Positions 11,511-24,315 of a DNA stretch of 64,000 bases are shown here, in pieces. The notes beneath the pieces are model-generated. The model had not been told where the DNA came from. It worked only from the letters and a program-made list of their open reading frames with translations, and made no database searches. The stretch's first letter is position 1. Each line of letters begins with the position of its first letter. Source of the stretch: Selaginella moellendorffii. Taxonomy: Eukaryota; Plantae; Lycopodiophyta. The position numbers were made by a program, and so were the translations under genes. The DNA lies in assembly GCF_000143415.4 (NCBI RefSeq), contig NW_003314270.1, positions 2,473,048 to 2,537,047 on the forward strand. The letters run 5' to 3'.

Positions 11511-12437
11511 GGGTCTGGGAGACGAACGCTTTGGGCTTTCACCCTCTCAGACTTGAACTCGGACTCGGACTCAGACTCGGACTCGGACTCGGACTCGGAC
11601 TCGGACTCGGACTCGGACTCGGACTCAGACTCGGACTTGGACTCGGACTCGGACTCGGGCTCGGGCTCGGTCTCGGCCTTGGCCTCGGTCTCGGTCTCGG
11701 TCCCTATCTCAGTCTCGGTCTCGGTCTCGGTCTCGGTCTTGGTCCTGGTCTCGGTCTCGACCTCGGACTCCATCTCGGGTCCTTCTCGGACTCCATCTCG
11801 GACTCTGTCTTGGTCCATCTCGGACTCCATCTTGGGTCCATCTCGGACTCTGTCTCGGTCCATCTCGGACTCCATCTCAGGTCCATCTCGGACTCCGTCT
11901 CGGACTCCATCTCGGACTCCATCTCGGGTCCATCTCAGGCTCTATCTCGGGTCCATCTCGGACTCCATCTCGGGTCCATCTCGGACTCCATTTTGGATTC
12001 CATCTTGGACTCCATCTCGGGTCCATCTCGGACTCCATCTCGGGTCCATCTCGAACTCCGTCTTGGTCCATCTCGGACTCCATCTCGGGTCCATCTCGGA
12101 CTCCATCTTGGACTCCATCTTGGACTCCATCTCGGGTCCATCTCGGACTCCGTCCTTGTCCATCTTGGACTCCATCTCGGGTCCATCTCGGGTCCTTCTC
12201 GGACACTTCCACGTGTCATGTGTTGGTCCTTTTTGGGTCCCTTTTCGGAGCCTTGCTTATTGGTTGCCTCGTGCTTGCTCCTCGAGCACGTTGTTGGGTG
12301 TTCCACTCCCACTCTCAACCTTCCAAGTCGGAGCTTTTAGTCCAAACGTGTTACGCTCGTTTGGCTTTCGCTTAGGCCACTACCACGTGGCACCCTTTCC
12401 GACTCCACTTTGGAGCCTAGGGATTTTGTGTCTCACA
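11511..12437 (-). repeat. LTR family A, right (5') copy; probably extends left towards 10877
   Basis: Repeat of 1654-2269 with a longer (GACTCG)n/(GGACTCCATCTC)n array; shares ctatacttttgga and cgctttgggctttcaccc motifs with LTR-B. Confidence 0.75.
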
Positions 12438-13459
12438 GTTATTTCATGTACCATGGGTAACAGTAAACCTTCCCTGGGTTTGCTATGAGTGGCAAATAAG
12501 CTGGTCCGTAGCTATTTAGCACGGCACTAGTGGATCCTTCATAGACATGATTACAAGTGAATCAACCAAGATTGTAGGGATTAGTCTATTGGTTCAAGTA
12601 GTCATTGCCATGCTCTCTCATAAACTTGGATTAAACTGAAGGCAGTGTTAATGCAAGCTTGAGGTCTAATCAAAGATGAGGCCGAAAAGAGAGTTGTCAG
12701 GGACGAAGGATCAAATATGTAAATCATTTTTTCTTGGAAAGATGATTTGCAATGAAGTGTTAACTCATTATTTATGTTCACATTATGCAATTAAAAGTCC
12801 TTACCTTGATGCATGTTGGAAATGATAGTCTTACAAATGGTGAGTTATGGGATGGATAGTGGTGAAGTGCTAAACCATCTTGTCTAGGCTTGCTATTGAA
12901 GACTTGGGTTGCAATGCTCAATTCTTTTCCAGAGAACTTTGTTATTGCTCTTTGAGTAGTTTGGTGTTGGATTAGTGTTGAGTTTGGTCAGAAAGAGAGT
13001 GGTATGAGTTTGTCTGTGTTGTGAACAAAAGTTAGTGGTGTTAAGTGTTGTAAATCTTTATCGGTGGGGTGTGGCATTTATGTTGCATTTTGTTGAATCG
13101 AGTTAACACTTGATACTCACGTAAATCTTTGAAATAGTGACATGGGCATTGCTAGTTGTGTTTCTCAATTGAAGATCAAGTCATTGTGATTTTATGTCAT
13201 ATCCATGTGATAATGAGCAATGTATTTGCAACGTTTCTTGGTTAAACGATGATTAACCCCAAAGTGGTTGATAGTGAAGTTAGTCTACTTGCACGTAGTA
13301 GCATTGTAGTAGCTTTGACTAAATTCTTAATAGTGGTCCATTATGCTAAGCTTAAACTGGTGTCTTAGTTCCTTGAGTTGGCCCATTGTAGTGTTGGAAA
13401 AGGTTAGAGCATTCACTTGTTATGGCTTGTTGGTTGATTCGTTAACACTTGGAGTAGAT

Positions 13460-15280
13460 TGTTAGATAAAGAAGGTATGAGGTTGAGGCATTAACATTGT
13501 TAGCACTTGTGTTTGTGAAAGTGGCATTGTTATTTCAAGTGAATTTTCCTTAGACTTTGATTTTTTATGTCATTTTTTTTGTTAGTGTTTTAGTTGCACA
13601 TTGGATCTTGAAGGTGGTTGAAGAAAGGTGTTAATGCAATGTGGATATCCGAAAATGTGGTCTTTGTAATCAAGCCTTAAATGTTCACTTTGCATTTTTG
13701 CGGAAGTCGATGTTGGATGTTGGAAATATGGGCAAAGATGTTCGATGCTTAAGCATATTGTTGAATCATGAGAATTTATGTTGAGGTGAACCTATATGAA
13801 GTAGTAGGTAGGAGTTAGCTAAGTCTTGAAAGTTTATATTCCTAGACTGAGAGTCATTTTTTCTCTAAGATGGAAAATTTTTCCACAATTTTTCTTAGAC
13901 TTATCCAATGGCTAATCTATTAATCATTTTGTCTGAAAACCATTCTGTTTTCATAAGTTAGTACAAACTAGTGAAGGGGTTGGAGTTGACTTCTGTTGGC
14001 TTAAATCCTAGTAGATAGTTTGTATGATGCGACTCAAAAGAAATGCTAAGTTCTGGGGCTAAAGCAAATGAGTTGGATAAAGTTTAAAGTTGGTGTAGAA
14101 AAGTGGCCGTTGCACTTTTCTAGAAAGGTGACCCTTATGCCTTTCTTCTATAGCGTTGTGCTTGGTGGCAGGTTGCACTTTACATTTCGTTAAACTCTAT
14201 GAGAGCAGTGAGCTCTCACTAATTTTGATTTGGTCTTGGTAACCCTGCACCTTGGCTGAAGATGGTGATGTCCAACTTAGTTATTTGAGTTTGAAATGTT
14301 AGTGCCCATACTATAGCTTTGTCTATGAAGAGGTTGTGTATCGATATGAGTCCATCTTATGGTCTTCACTCTGAGTGTTGAATCATGCATAGCTAGCCTC
14401 TTCAAGGCATGCTTAGAGTTTTTGGCTAAATGCGTTAATAAGTTTATTGCGGTTGAGTTAGATTCGAGTGGTCATTTAGTTTATGCTTGTCTATAAACCT
14501 TTATCTTGTACCTAGGGTATTACGTTCATGTTGGCCAAGTATATGACTTGATGACGTGAGTTTAGTGTTTGGGTCTTGTGAAGGCAAGTTGAAAGAGTGA
14601 TTGTTAGTTGTTTTACGGCTAATGATTACTTGTAGACTTTGTCAAGGACTTTTGATACTTGCTTCACTCGATGAAGATTTAGCAATGATGGACTAGATGG
14701 TGTTGCGGAGGATTGTGTTGTCAGACTTACATGGGTTTTTCATATTAGCATGTCGACTCTACCTTTGTTGATATCATTTGGTTGCATTTAATTCGTAGTG
14801 TTGGATTTCATTGAGTCTTGGATGTGGTGAATCACTCCTTGATGATGTGTTATTGGTAACTGAGTATTATTGGAGGATTGGTCTTAGATACTGACTAAAA
14901 CGTCTTTGACTTTGGTTAATTTTGTTGCTAGAGAGCTTTGAGTGATGATTCACTCTCGCTTTCTTCTGGTTTTGTTTTAGTGTTACTGGCATTGAAGTGA
15001 TGTCTTGTCATTAACATTGTTGATGCTCGAATTCAAGTGAAATGAAATGTCTCTCCTAAGATTGATATTGAGTTTCATTAGTCTCGATGAAAATAGTGTT
15101 GATGATTTGGTTATGGCTTTATGTTATTGGCATTCGTGCATTTGTTAGTTAATAACTGTATTGATGTTCAAATGTATTGAGTGGCAAATTTGAGTTAGTG
15201 TGTTCTAGATGAGATTGTTTAATAAGGGTTGAGCCTTAGCTTTTCCTTGAAAAGTGATTTAATCGTAGACTATGCTAGCC
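13460..15280 (+). repeat. Decayed G/T-rich sequence; inverted copy at 29430-31181
   Basis: For example, ttagcttttccttgaaaagtgatttaatc (~15236) is the reverse complement of gattaaatcacttttcaaggaaaagctaa (~29445); colinear over ~1.8 kb. Confidence 0.8.
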
Positions 15281-17589
15281 TTATGAGAGAAAAAGTTAGT
15301 AATTGGTATTGAAATGATTGAGTCCTTGTTGGATTTTAGTTGGGATATATCGATCCTTGATGATTTTTTTTGTGTTTGTTATGAAGTGAGTTACGTCTTG
15401 TTATAGATAGATTCATGGAGGATTATTTAGTGATCACTTAAACTAGTTGAGCATAGCTCTATTGTGCTTAGCTTTTGATTGATGCAGATGTGCTCTTCAT
15501 TAGCTTTGCATTATGAAGTTTAGCTTATGGATGTGTTGAAAATGTTATTATGGGTTGCGCCATGATTTCTTCTTTAGCATTAAAGTTAGTTCATATAAAA
15601 TTTGTGATCATTGTTATGCAAGACTTGACTATAAACTTTTTTGAGCTTTTGGTTCCATAAGTTTTTATGCTCATTGTTCCATTTGTTAGAAGTTGTTAAG
15701 GAAGGCATTTTAGCTCATTAGTTTTGATGTTGAAGTTGGGCTTTTGCATTTAGCAATCATTGGTGATGATTGACTATCATTTAGGATAATTGATTATCCT
15801 TGTTAAAGGTTTTTCTTGATTATTATTAATTTAGAATGAATTACCGTTCTTTGGGATGGTGGATTCTTTTTTCAATGATGGTTATGCATTTCTCTATTAA
15901 TAGAATGATTGATGATCTTTCATAATAGTTAGTTGTTCTCTTTGATGGCTTGTGGCTTTTCGCAATACCACATATACTTTGTGGTTTACTATGGCAAAGT
16001 CTCTTAGGTTTGAAATGTTAGTAGGATGTTGTTGACACTTGCTTAAGCAACTTTGATTCCTTCGTATTGTTGATTGAGATCTAATCAGATTAGCTAGTGT
16101 GATAGTTGGTATGAATGAGTGTTTATTGGTCTTACCGCATTCATTTTGTTCTATTGATTATTGCTTGAGTTAGTTTTGCTATATTGGGATGTTATTTCCT
16201 TCAAATGATACATTCGCGAGCATTTTTCTTGTTAGTCAATAATACTTTGAGTTATCTTTAATAAGTTGTTTGGCATACTATCTGCCATCTTCAGTAGTTA
16301 AGTTTCATCATTGAGTTTCCTTGATAATATATTTACTATTGAATTTTGTTGGATGGTGATTCCTATGTTTACCACACATGATGATCTTGGTGGATCTTAT
16401 ATACTGTAATACTAGTTTATCGGATGATAACTTACCTGGAATACTTTTTGTATTCTCACTAATAATTAAGTATCTACGATATCATTGTCTCTAACTTTGA
16501 TATTGTCCATCTATTGATCTTTAAGTTTGGGTCAATATAGGCAGACTGGCTTTGGCACTTAATATGCATGGTGAAATCTCTAGTCATGGGGTAGCTACTA
16601 TCAACTGGTCACATCACCCACCTCTCTGTCAATGTTCTTTATATTGTTTAAAAAGGGTATGAACGTATAAACAATTCTAACTGCTTGTTTACAGTAGTCT
16701 ATCTAAACCTTACCGACGGGTTTAGTTTTTTTGCTCAAGAACGTTAGGGCCTCTGGCTTCTCTTTCTATGCCACTTGTAGCCAGGGGCGTATCACACTTT
16801 TGTAAGCTAGATAACACCCAAAGCAGCAAGGGTGGCTTACTCTGTAGGTCATTTCCTTGTCAGCGACGACCAAAAGGTGTTTGAGCTAGTAGCGCATCCG
16901 TGTTAGACAAAGAGGTTGCTTCCTAACTCATTTAAGTTGGTGTATTTCTCACATAGTGTGAATACTGTGAACTTTTTCTAGAGTTGTTTCCTTGGCGGTA
17001 TTCTAGATTCAAGTATGCATCAAGGAGGACATCGATCTTCCCTAGGGAGGGGGGAAAGTTGCAAATGTGATTTCGGGTATTAAAAGCTACCTGTCGACTA
17101 GTCTTTATAGACACTCTTTCCTTACTACCATGATGGCAGGAGGTCGGTATTGTTAGACTTGTTATCAGTTCCCACTTGAGCTAGCTGAAAAATTGTCAAT
17201 GAACATGCACTTAAATTGAATAGGAACCTTATGTGTTTCTTATTGAGCATACTTGGCTTGGTTTAATAAACTTGTGTCATTGGCTTGCACTTGCTAGTAT
17301 CAAGAACCCCTGTGATATTGAAATTGGTCCCTTGATATTCACTAAATGATAGCTTACCATGTCTGCCAAACACCCTTGCTATCATACCTTTTGTGTTAGT
17401 CTCATTTCGGTCCTAAATGTTATTTATGGGAAGTGTCTAGATTTGCTCATTTGGCATATGTACAGAATGTAGAGATTGTTTTGAACATAATAGTGTTCAT
17501 CCCATGTCCAAATTTGCAATTTAGCACCATTGCATATTTAATAAGTTTTAAGCTTGTCCTAAAGACTAACTCATGATACTAAGGGAAAC

Positions 17590-17685
17590 TTGGGGTGAAA
17601 GCCCAAAGCGTGTGTTCCTCAAGGGGGAAGGGGGGGGGGGGGGGGGTGGGGGTTCCAAATGTATAGTAGGGATAGTGGGTAGGTC
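17590..17685 (+). repeat. Fragment of an LTR-B-like sequence in the opposite orientation
   Basis: ggggtgaaagcccaaagcg, a G-run and ggttccaaatgtatagtagggatagtg are reverse complements of LTR-B core motifs. Confidence 0.75.
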
Positions 17686-18694
17686 GGGCATGGCTAACTA
17701 ACTAGAGGCATAGTCTAGCTCCTGCTTGTGTGCCTATCTTTATTTTGCGTCCGGCTTGGGTTTAAGCCCAAGCTCCACACCATGTTAGTTAGTAGAGTAC
17801 CCATGTCCTCGCATTAGGCCATCAGTATGCTGAAATAGCGCCAGACTCTATTTGGCTCTATCCTCATTGGGATGTTAGATATTCTAAAATTGTTTCAAGT
17901 CACTCTATGCTCCTGTCCTTTCGTTCCTTGGGCTGTATACTCGAGAGTTGCTCTGTGGTTCTGTTCTATCACTCCCTGGCTCCATGCTTAGGAGTTTGGC
18001 ACAGTTCTTTTGTTCAGTGGCCCAAGGCCTTGAAACTTAGGTTTCACACCACTATCCTTTGGACATATGGCACAAAGAGGGTTTAGGTTCCATTTCATGG
18101 TTATCTTATAGTAAATCACCATAGGATAAAGGGTCAAAACCACATGTGCTACAATATAAAAACTAGGCTTGGGTTGGAGAAAAAATATACTCACAATCAA
18201 AGGATAGATTATGCATTTTACCAGTTTAATACCAATTGCTTTACTAGTTATTGTAAAAATTATGATTTTATTTAAAATTAGAAATATGAAAAACTAATTG
18301 TAGTGTTATTCTTAAAACAAAAATCATTAACAACTCTAAAGTAAAATTCAACAAGGCAATACTTATAAATTTATGTACAATCCTCTTCAAATCTTGTCAT
18401 ATGATATCTTATAATAAGATATGAAGAACATAGTGATTAAGCTTCTTCAACTTCTACAATAGAAGACTATTTTTATGTGTGGCAACATCAAGTTTGTAAA
18501 GCTGCTCAAGAAAGAATATGTTAATTTAAAATAATTATTTGTGGGTATAGGTAAGAAATTTACTAGAAATGGTGAAATTATTTAGATGTACTTAATTATT
18601 AGTTTTTCAAGGAATTCTTTTCAATGGCAAGTATCTTGGATTTGTTAATTTATGTGTGGTGAACTATTCTGAAAGATTTATTAACTTTTCAAAT

Positions 18695-18794
18695 NNNNNN
18701 NNNNNNNNNNNNNNNNNNNNNNNNNNNNNNNNNNNNNNNNNNNNNNNNNNNNNNNNNNNNNNNNNNNNNNNNNNNNNNNNNNNNNNNNNNNNNN
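18695..18794. other. Assembly gap (100 N)
   Basis: Run of N. Confidence 1.
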
Positions 18795-19123
18795 TATTGC
18801 CACACAATCTTATGCTGGGTACTAAGGTTACACTAGATGTTGGGTGTCTTCATCCTTCATATGGCTATACAATACATTTAGAACTATATTAAACAGATCA
18901 AACTAATTTATCCATATTAATTTAAATGACATAATGATAAGTTACGGTATATAAAAGAAATAATACATTTTATAGCCAATTATATGCTCATATAAGGGAA
19001 TATATTTTCTCATATAAAACAAAATAGAACTCTTGGGAATTATTTATATTATTTTTTGGCTGAGTTTATAATGTGTTTATATTTATATTTATTCACAAAG
19101 CTACTATGAACTAACAATTCAAT

Positions 19124-19519
19124 ATGTATTTTCTTAAATTTTATTTTTCATTTTTCTGTTTTCAATTTTTAATAGATCTTTATTTAAATGATGGTATTGA
19201 TTGTTCAAATTCTTCCTGGGAAAAACTCATGACTTGTGATTTAGATATTTATTATAATAAGTATGGTAGAGATGTAAATGTTTTTATATATAAATCTTCT
19301 TTATCATTTGAAATTAGTACAGATCCAAATCCAATAATAGAAATTGTTGATTTTAAAATAGATGGAGAGCCTTATCAATTAGTTGTTTTTCCAGGCTCGG
19401 CAAAATATAAAACAAAAGGTGATCATAGTTGGAATAATTGGTCATTCGAAGGATGTTATAAACATGTTGATGGTTCAATTATTGTTGAATTTCTAGATTA
19501 TAAAGATAATTGTAAATAA
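19124..19519 (+). CDS. Small protein with a C-terminus resembling YvgO-type proteins; may have an upstream signal-peptide exon or be decaying
   Basis: 131-codon ORF in very AT-rich DNA; motif YQLVVF..S...TKGDHSWNNWSFEG.Y......VEF. Confidence 0.45.
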   Translation: MYFLKFYFSFFCFQFLIDLYLNDGIDCSNSSWEKLMTCDLDIYYNKYGRDVNVFIYKSSLSFEISTDPNPIIEIVDFKIDGEPYQLVVFPGSAKYKTKGDHSWNNWSFEGCYKHVDGSIIVEFLDYKDNCK

Positions 19520-22500
19520 GAAATAATTTTCTGTATGTTGCAATAATTTCTTTCCTTTTTTAACATTAAATTATTTTATATCATCAATTTTATATTATAT
19601 TCTGAATATATGTTTTTAATTTTATTATTTAAAGATGAAAATTTATAATTATGTTTATATTTTCTACACCATACTTTTTATTTAAAAATATAATTAAATT
19701 AATATTAATACAATAAGCTTGTAATAAATACTATCAATTGAAAATTTTAATAATTATATTATTAATTTCCGAATTAAGATATACTTATCAGATTAAATCA
19801 AGTGATAATTTTATCTAACTACAAACGTTTTGTTTTAATGATATATGAATTAAAATATAAAAGAATATACTATAGTATTCTGGCGGCTCCCCCCAAACAT
19901 AAAGGACCACACGATGTCCTGGATGTTCTGCTTGATCGATCCTCTGGCGCCCCCAGCAGCATCGCCATTGGATTCTCGGGAGATGGCTTGCCGAGCGTGA
20001 GTAGCTTGGAGCGCTCCATACGCATCTCTCGCCTCGAATCCCTGGCCTGCTACAAGCGATTCCTCGCCGTAATCTCGTGTTCTTGCCCTCTATCGCGCCG
20101 CCGGTCGTGATCCCCCACTCTACACCTGGAATTCATGGCTGCTCCTATCGATCCAGACGCCGCTACTGCGACCAAGCCCTACGCGAGCCCTTCGATTCCT
20201 GCGGTTCCTAGAAGCTGCCCGGAGCTAGATCTCTACTTCTTCCACTGTTCTTCCCGACAAGCTCCAAATTTCTCTATAGAACCTAACGAAGAATCCCTCT
20301 TCTTCTTCTTCTTCTTCTTCGGGGCGAACGCCGGGGAGCGGGGAGACGCCGTACATCCCGCCACGTATATTCCTCAATCCAACGGTCACGGTGCCAAGAA
20401 CGAGAACGGCAAAGAAGAGCTAAAGCCGAGGCCAAAACAACTCAAGACGAAGCAGCAGGGAAGAAACTCCAGCAGCGGCGGAAGATCCGGCAAAAGAAGA
20501 TCAAAGTGGAGATCAAGCAAAGAAGGGAGGGGCAAAAGCTTCTTCCACCGCCGCCGCTCCAGCTCATGATAGGGCGTGATCCAACGGCGCCGCGCGGCTG
20601 GAGATCGCTGCGGTTGGTGGGGGCGTCGACCCAATTTCGCGCTTCTTTTTAAATTTTCGTGGGAAAGAAAGAAGCCCTAGTCCTTCCTACTGAAAGAGCT
20701 GTTCCATGGGCAACACGTTGCCAGTAGTTACATGCGTGCGATTCATGCAAATATACACAAGACTTGACAACCACCTAGAATATCAGATTTTTCCAGGCCA
20801 ATACCATACCAAAAATATAATCTTCTTGACCTTAACTCTCGAAACCTATTAAACTAAGTAATGCGATCAAACGTTTACGTTTGACATTGGAAAGTAAACA
20901 ATGCATCCGCGCAGCGCAAGTATGATCGATTGCAATTTCATTGATAGGGTGCGACGGGACGAAGCCCACATTCTCGTGGATCACGTCGCAGTGGCAAAAA
21001 TGTGGGAGATCAACCAAGACATGCTGGCCTTCGTCATCGTGGTCGAGGATGATGGAGGAATGACTCCATTGCTCCACCAGGACCCCCACGCCTCTAGAAC
21101 AAGACAATTCGGCTGTGCACCGGGGGATTCATGCAAATGTATCCTCGAGTGTGATCTTGACAAGGTAATGGCAAGATCATTTGCTAGTAAGATCATTGCT
21201 GGCTTTGTACTTGCAGCTCTGAATTAAACTGGCACAATTTGGAGGCAAGGGGCCACCAGATGATCCACACCGCAACCGGGACCGCCTTCACATGCCAGGA
21301 AACATTGGAAACATCTGATCTCAGTCCAACAAAAAACATGAGTTTTTTTTATCGCTATACACGCATGATTCGCTGTAAAACAGCTTCTCGCTCATCCTCA
21401 AGAAGGTAAGCGACCACATAGGCGGCAGAGCTCGCGGAAATCCAGTCGTCGTCTTGGGACTTCTTCACCACCAGTGAGGTGCTCAGCCTGTCCTTCGAAT
21501 TCTCACAAACGGAAACGAGCCTTGAGTTGGAACTGGTGCTGTGGAGAGAAACAAAGAAATCAGTACCGCCAAGCAAAGCACAAAAAAGAAGTATGCAGTG
21601 CTACAGAGTTTGCTCTCAGCCTCTCAATGGCATCCAAAGCCTACAAAACTATCGCTTTTAGCATCACAGAGTGAAAAAAAGAATGCTGCTCACTAACCTG
21701 TTGAGATTGTCGTCTAAGAGGGTACAAGACAACATTGACAGTCCCTTTTCTTTGGATAGACGAGCATGATTAGGATTTCCACCTAAGGAAAAGAAAAATA
21801 TGATCCTGCACGACCCAAAGAACACTGCTTTCAAAAGTCAAGAATTATTTGTCACCTCTTAAGTAAAGCTCTTCTCCTCTGCACGAGTGAGTGGAGTGAG
21901 TGAAGAAAGAGAAAAAATCTTAATCCACTTCGAATTGACCTCCACAGATGCGGAGTCACTGCCAATCGCTTCATTTCCGCTCCCCCTCCTTCCCTGGAAC
22001 CATCGGGCACTCAACCCAGTTCCAGCCTTCCTGCCAATTTTGCTTTCAAAGTCTCAGTAGATTATTCCTTGAAGGTATGTATGATGTTTTGCCTCAAGAA
22101 TATTATGTGCTTCCCATTCCCAATATATATATACACATGTTTTGATTAAAAACCCTAACTTTGGTTTGGATTAAAACCAATTGACAATTATTAAAATTCC
22201 ATTATGCTAATATTAATATACAGCAGTATAACCACACGCTTAGACATTATATCTAGGAAGGATAGAAAGTAGTCATGTCCCTTATTTAATGAGTTGGGAT
22301 CTGAAAAAATAATTAATATATTTGTAAGTGGTGTCAATTGTTCTTAATCTCTTTGTACAAAGTGTTTTAATTGTTACACATGCATAATTTTTAGAGGATT
22401 GGTTTATTGAATGTTATGCTAAATTTCATAAACTTATGGTCTAACATGCCACAATATTTGATATAATCCCTTCCACTAAACAACCCCTTAGACGAACTAT

Positions 22501-23560
22501 GTACTATAATATTAAATTATCCACTTTGTACTTCGGAAGAGGGGGGTTAAAGGGAAGGACAAGAGTTTGGCCCCAATAATAAAGTGAGGATGAATAGATA
22601 TAATAATGGAGCAAAGAAAAATGATATAAATTATGAAGTGAGAACAAGCATAATATATCTAAATAAAACATTTAACCTTGATATAATGAAGCTAAATGAA
22701 GGATTGAGGTTAAACATAAATGGTAAAGTGAGAATAAGTATAACAAATCCAAATGGAATTAATGCTTTAGAACTTTTTTTCTTTAGAAAGAGGATAAAAA
22801 GAATGTGGAAGACAAATAAAGTAAGTTCAATTTCCCATATGCAATGTTTGATAAAGATGATAGTTATAAGTTTAAGTTAACACAGATTTTGGATGTGCAA
22901 ACAACCACGGAGAACAACTTGAGAGACAATCCATAAGATTTAAATATAAAAGGAAAGAGCAAATGAATAAAAGTGCACTTTCTTTTTCAATCGATTAAGA
23001 GTTTTGAGATACTTAAGGTTAAACATCTTTAAATTTGAATACTAGGTTGGATGACCTTCTAGGAAGTTTAAATTCAGGAATTTACAAAATATTAATCAAA
23101 AGGAAGATGTAAAAACAAATTTTGCTTATGGTTGTAAATATGAGTTAATAGTGGTCTTGAAGGATCATTGATAGGTAGACTTAGAAATGGAATGTATTAT
23201 TTGTTGCAATGGTGTTTAATAGATTGTAGTGACTCTAATATAAAAGCATTATAAACTCAGATAATAAATATTATAAAAACTTCCTAGAGTTTTATTTTGC
23301 TTTATATGAGAAAATATAGAGGTATATATTTGGCTATTTATATCTTTTACATACACTAAATTTAGATTAAGATAAGGTTTTATAAGTTTAATGCAACCTT
23401 AACTTTCCACAAAGTAAACCCTTAATAAAATCTAGATGAATTAAATTATGATGAAAATAAATTTTATATATAATCACAATATGATAAATAGTTTTGTATT
23501 CATCCAATATTTTCTTAGCATTGCAGTTTTATATATATATATTTAAAAGTTTTATATAAT

Positions 23561-23930
23561 ATCATTTTCTTGTGTTTACAAGGACATGAGTATTGAGGCA
23601 CCTTTCCAGACATTCCAGGTTTTTTTGTAGAAATCTCTCTCCACTAGGTAGTTTTTTTTCACTACTGTTGCTAGGTCATTTATCTCCGTCACTGGGCAGT
23701 TTATCTGTGGATTTGAGGCATACCATGCTACCCATCTATCACCCTGTCCCCATGGCAACCGAGATTTTAAAACCAAGGGAAGTTTGTTAGGAACTTCATC
23801 TCAAGGGATATTGATGTTATGCTCAAGCAGTGTCCAAGTTTATCTCTAGAGCAACTTGGCCACATGAAGAAGAGGCAGCAACACTAGATGAACATGAAAG
23901 TGCATGCTTAGATGCCATGCTTTTGAGATG
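23561..23930 (+). pseudogene. CpG-depleted partial duplicate of the 5' end of the gene at 24316
   Basis: Colinear with 24294-24636; differences are dominated by CG>TG/CA changes, plus a deletion. Confidence 0.85.
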
Positions 23931-24315
23931 GTAATGGTAATGGCAAAAACATATTAGACTTTAAAATATTACTGGTAGAGTTCATAATGCAATCAGGGCA
24001 AAGCATTCATATAGATATTTATTTGTACAATCAATAAGAAGTTTTTAGAAATTTGAAAAATAAAACTAAATATTATTTCTTAATGTCAATAGTATTAAAC
24101 ATTTTAAATAAATTCCATATTATAAAATTAACTCAAATTACTGTTCAAATTGAAATATTGCAGAAACCTAAACATTTCTATACTTATATAGAACTATATA
24201 ATCATATTAATTATAATTATATAAATTAATACATATATAAGATTATATAGAATTAATTATTTTGTATTCACTATTTTAAATTATGTAATTGATATCATTT
24301 TCTTGTGTTTACAGG

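Larger units (their letters stand above)
1654..12437 (-). mobile_element. Outer LTR retrotransposon remnant (family A) with a family B chromovirus nested inside
   Basis: Paired LTR-A copies. The internal 2270-3902 segment shares 3' UTR modules with element B. No target-site duplication (TSD) found, consistent with truncation. Confidence 0.6.

Noticed and set aside
11550-12200. Repeat array as a possible CRISPR or telomere tract
   Set aside because: No unique spacers and not TTTAGGG; it is internal to an LTR in a eukaryotic genome.
15750-15775. AIIGDD as an RdRp motif C
   Set aside because: No convincing motifs A/B at the proper spacing upstream; likely chance in G/A/T-rich sequence. Kept only as a reason to run viral HMMs.
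22400-23100. Possible decayed non-LTR reverse transcriptase remnant
   Set aside because: Too eroded; no diagnostic motif recovered.
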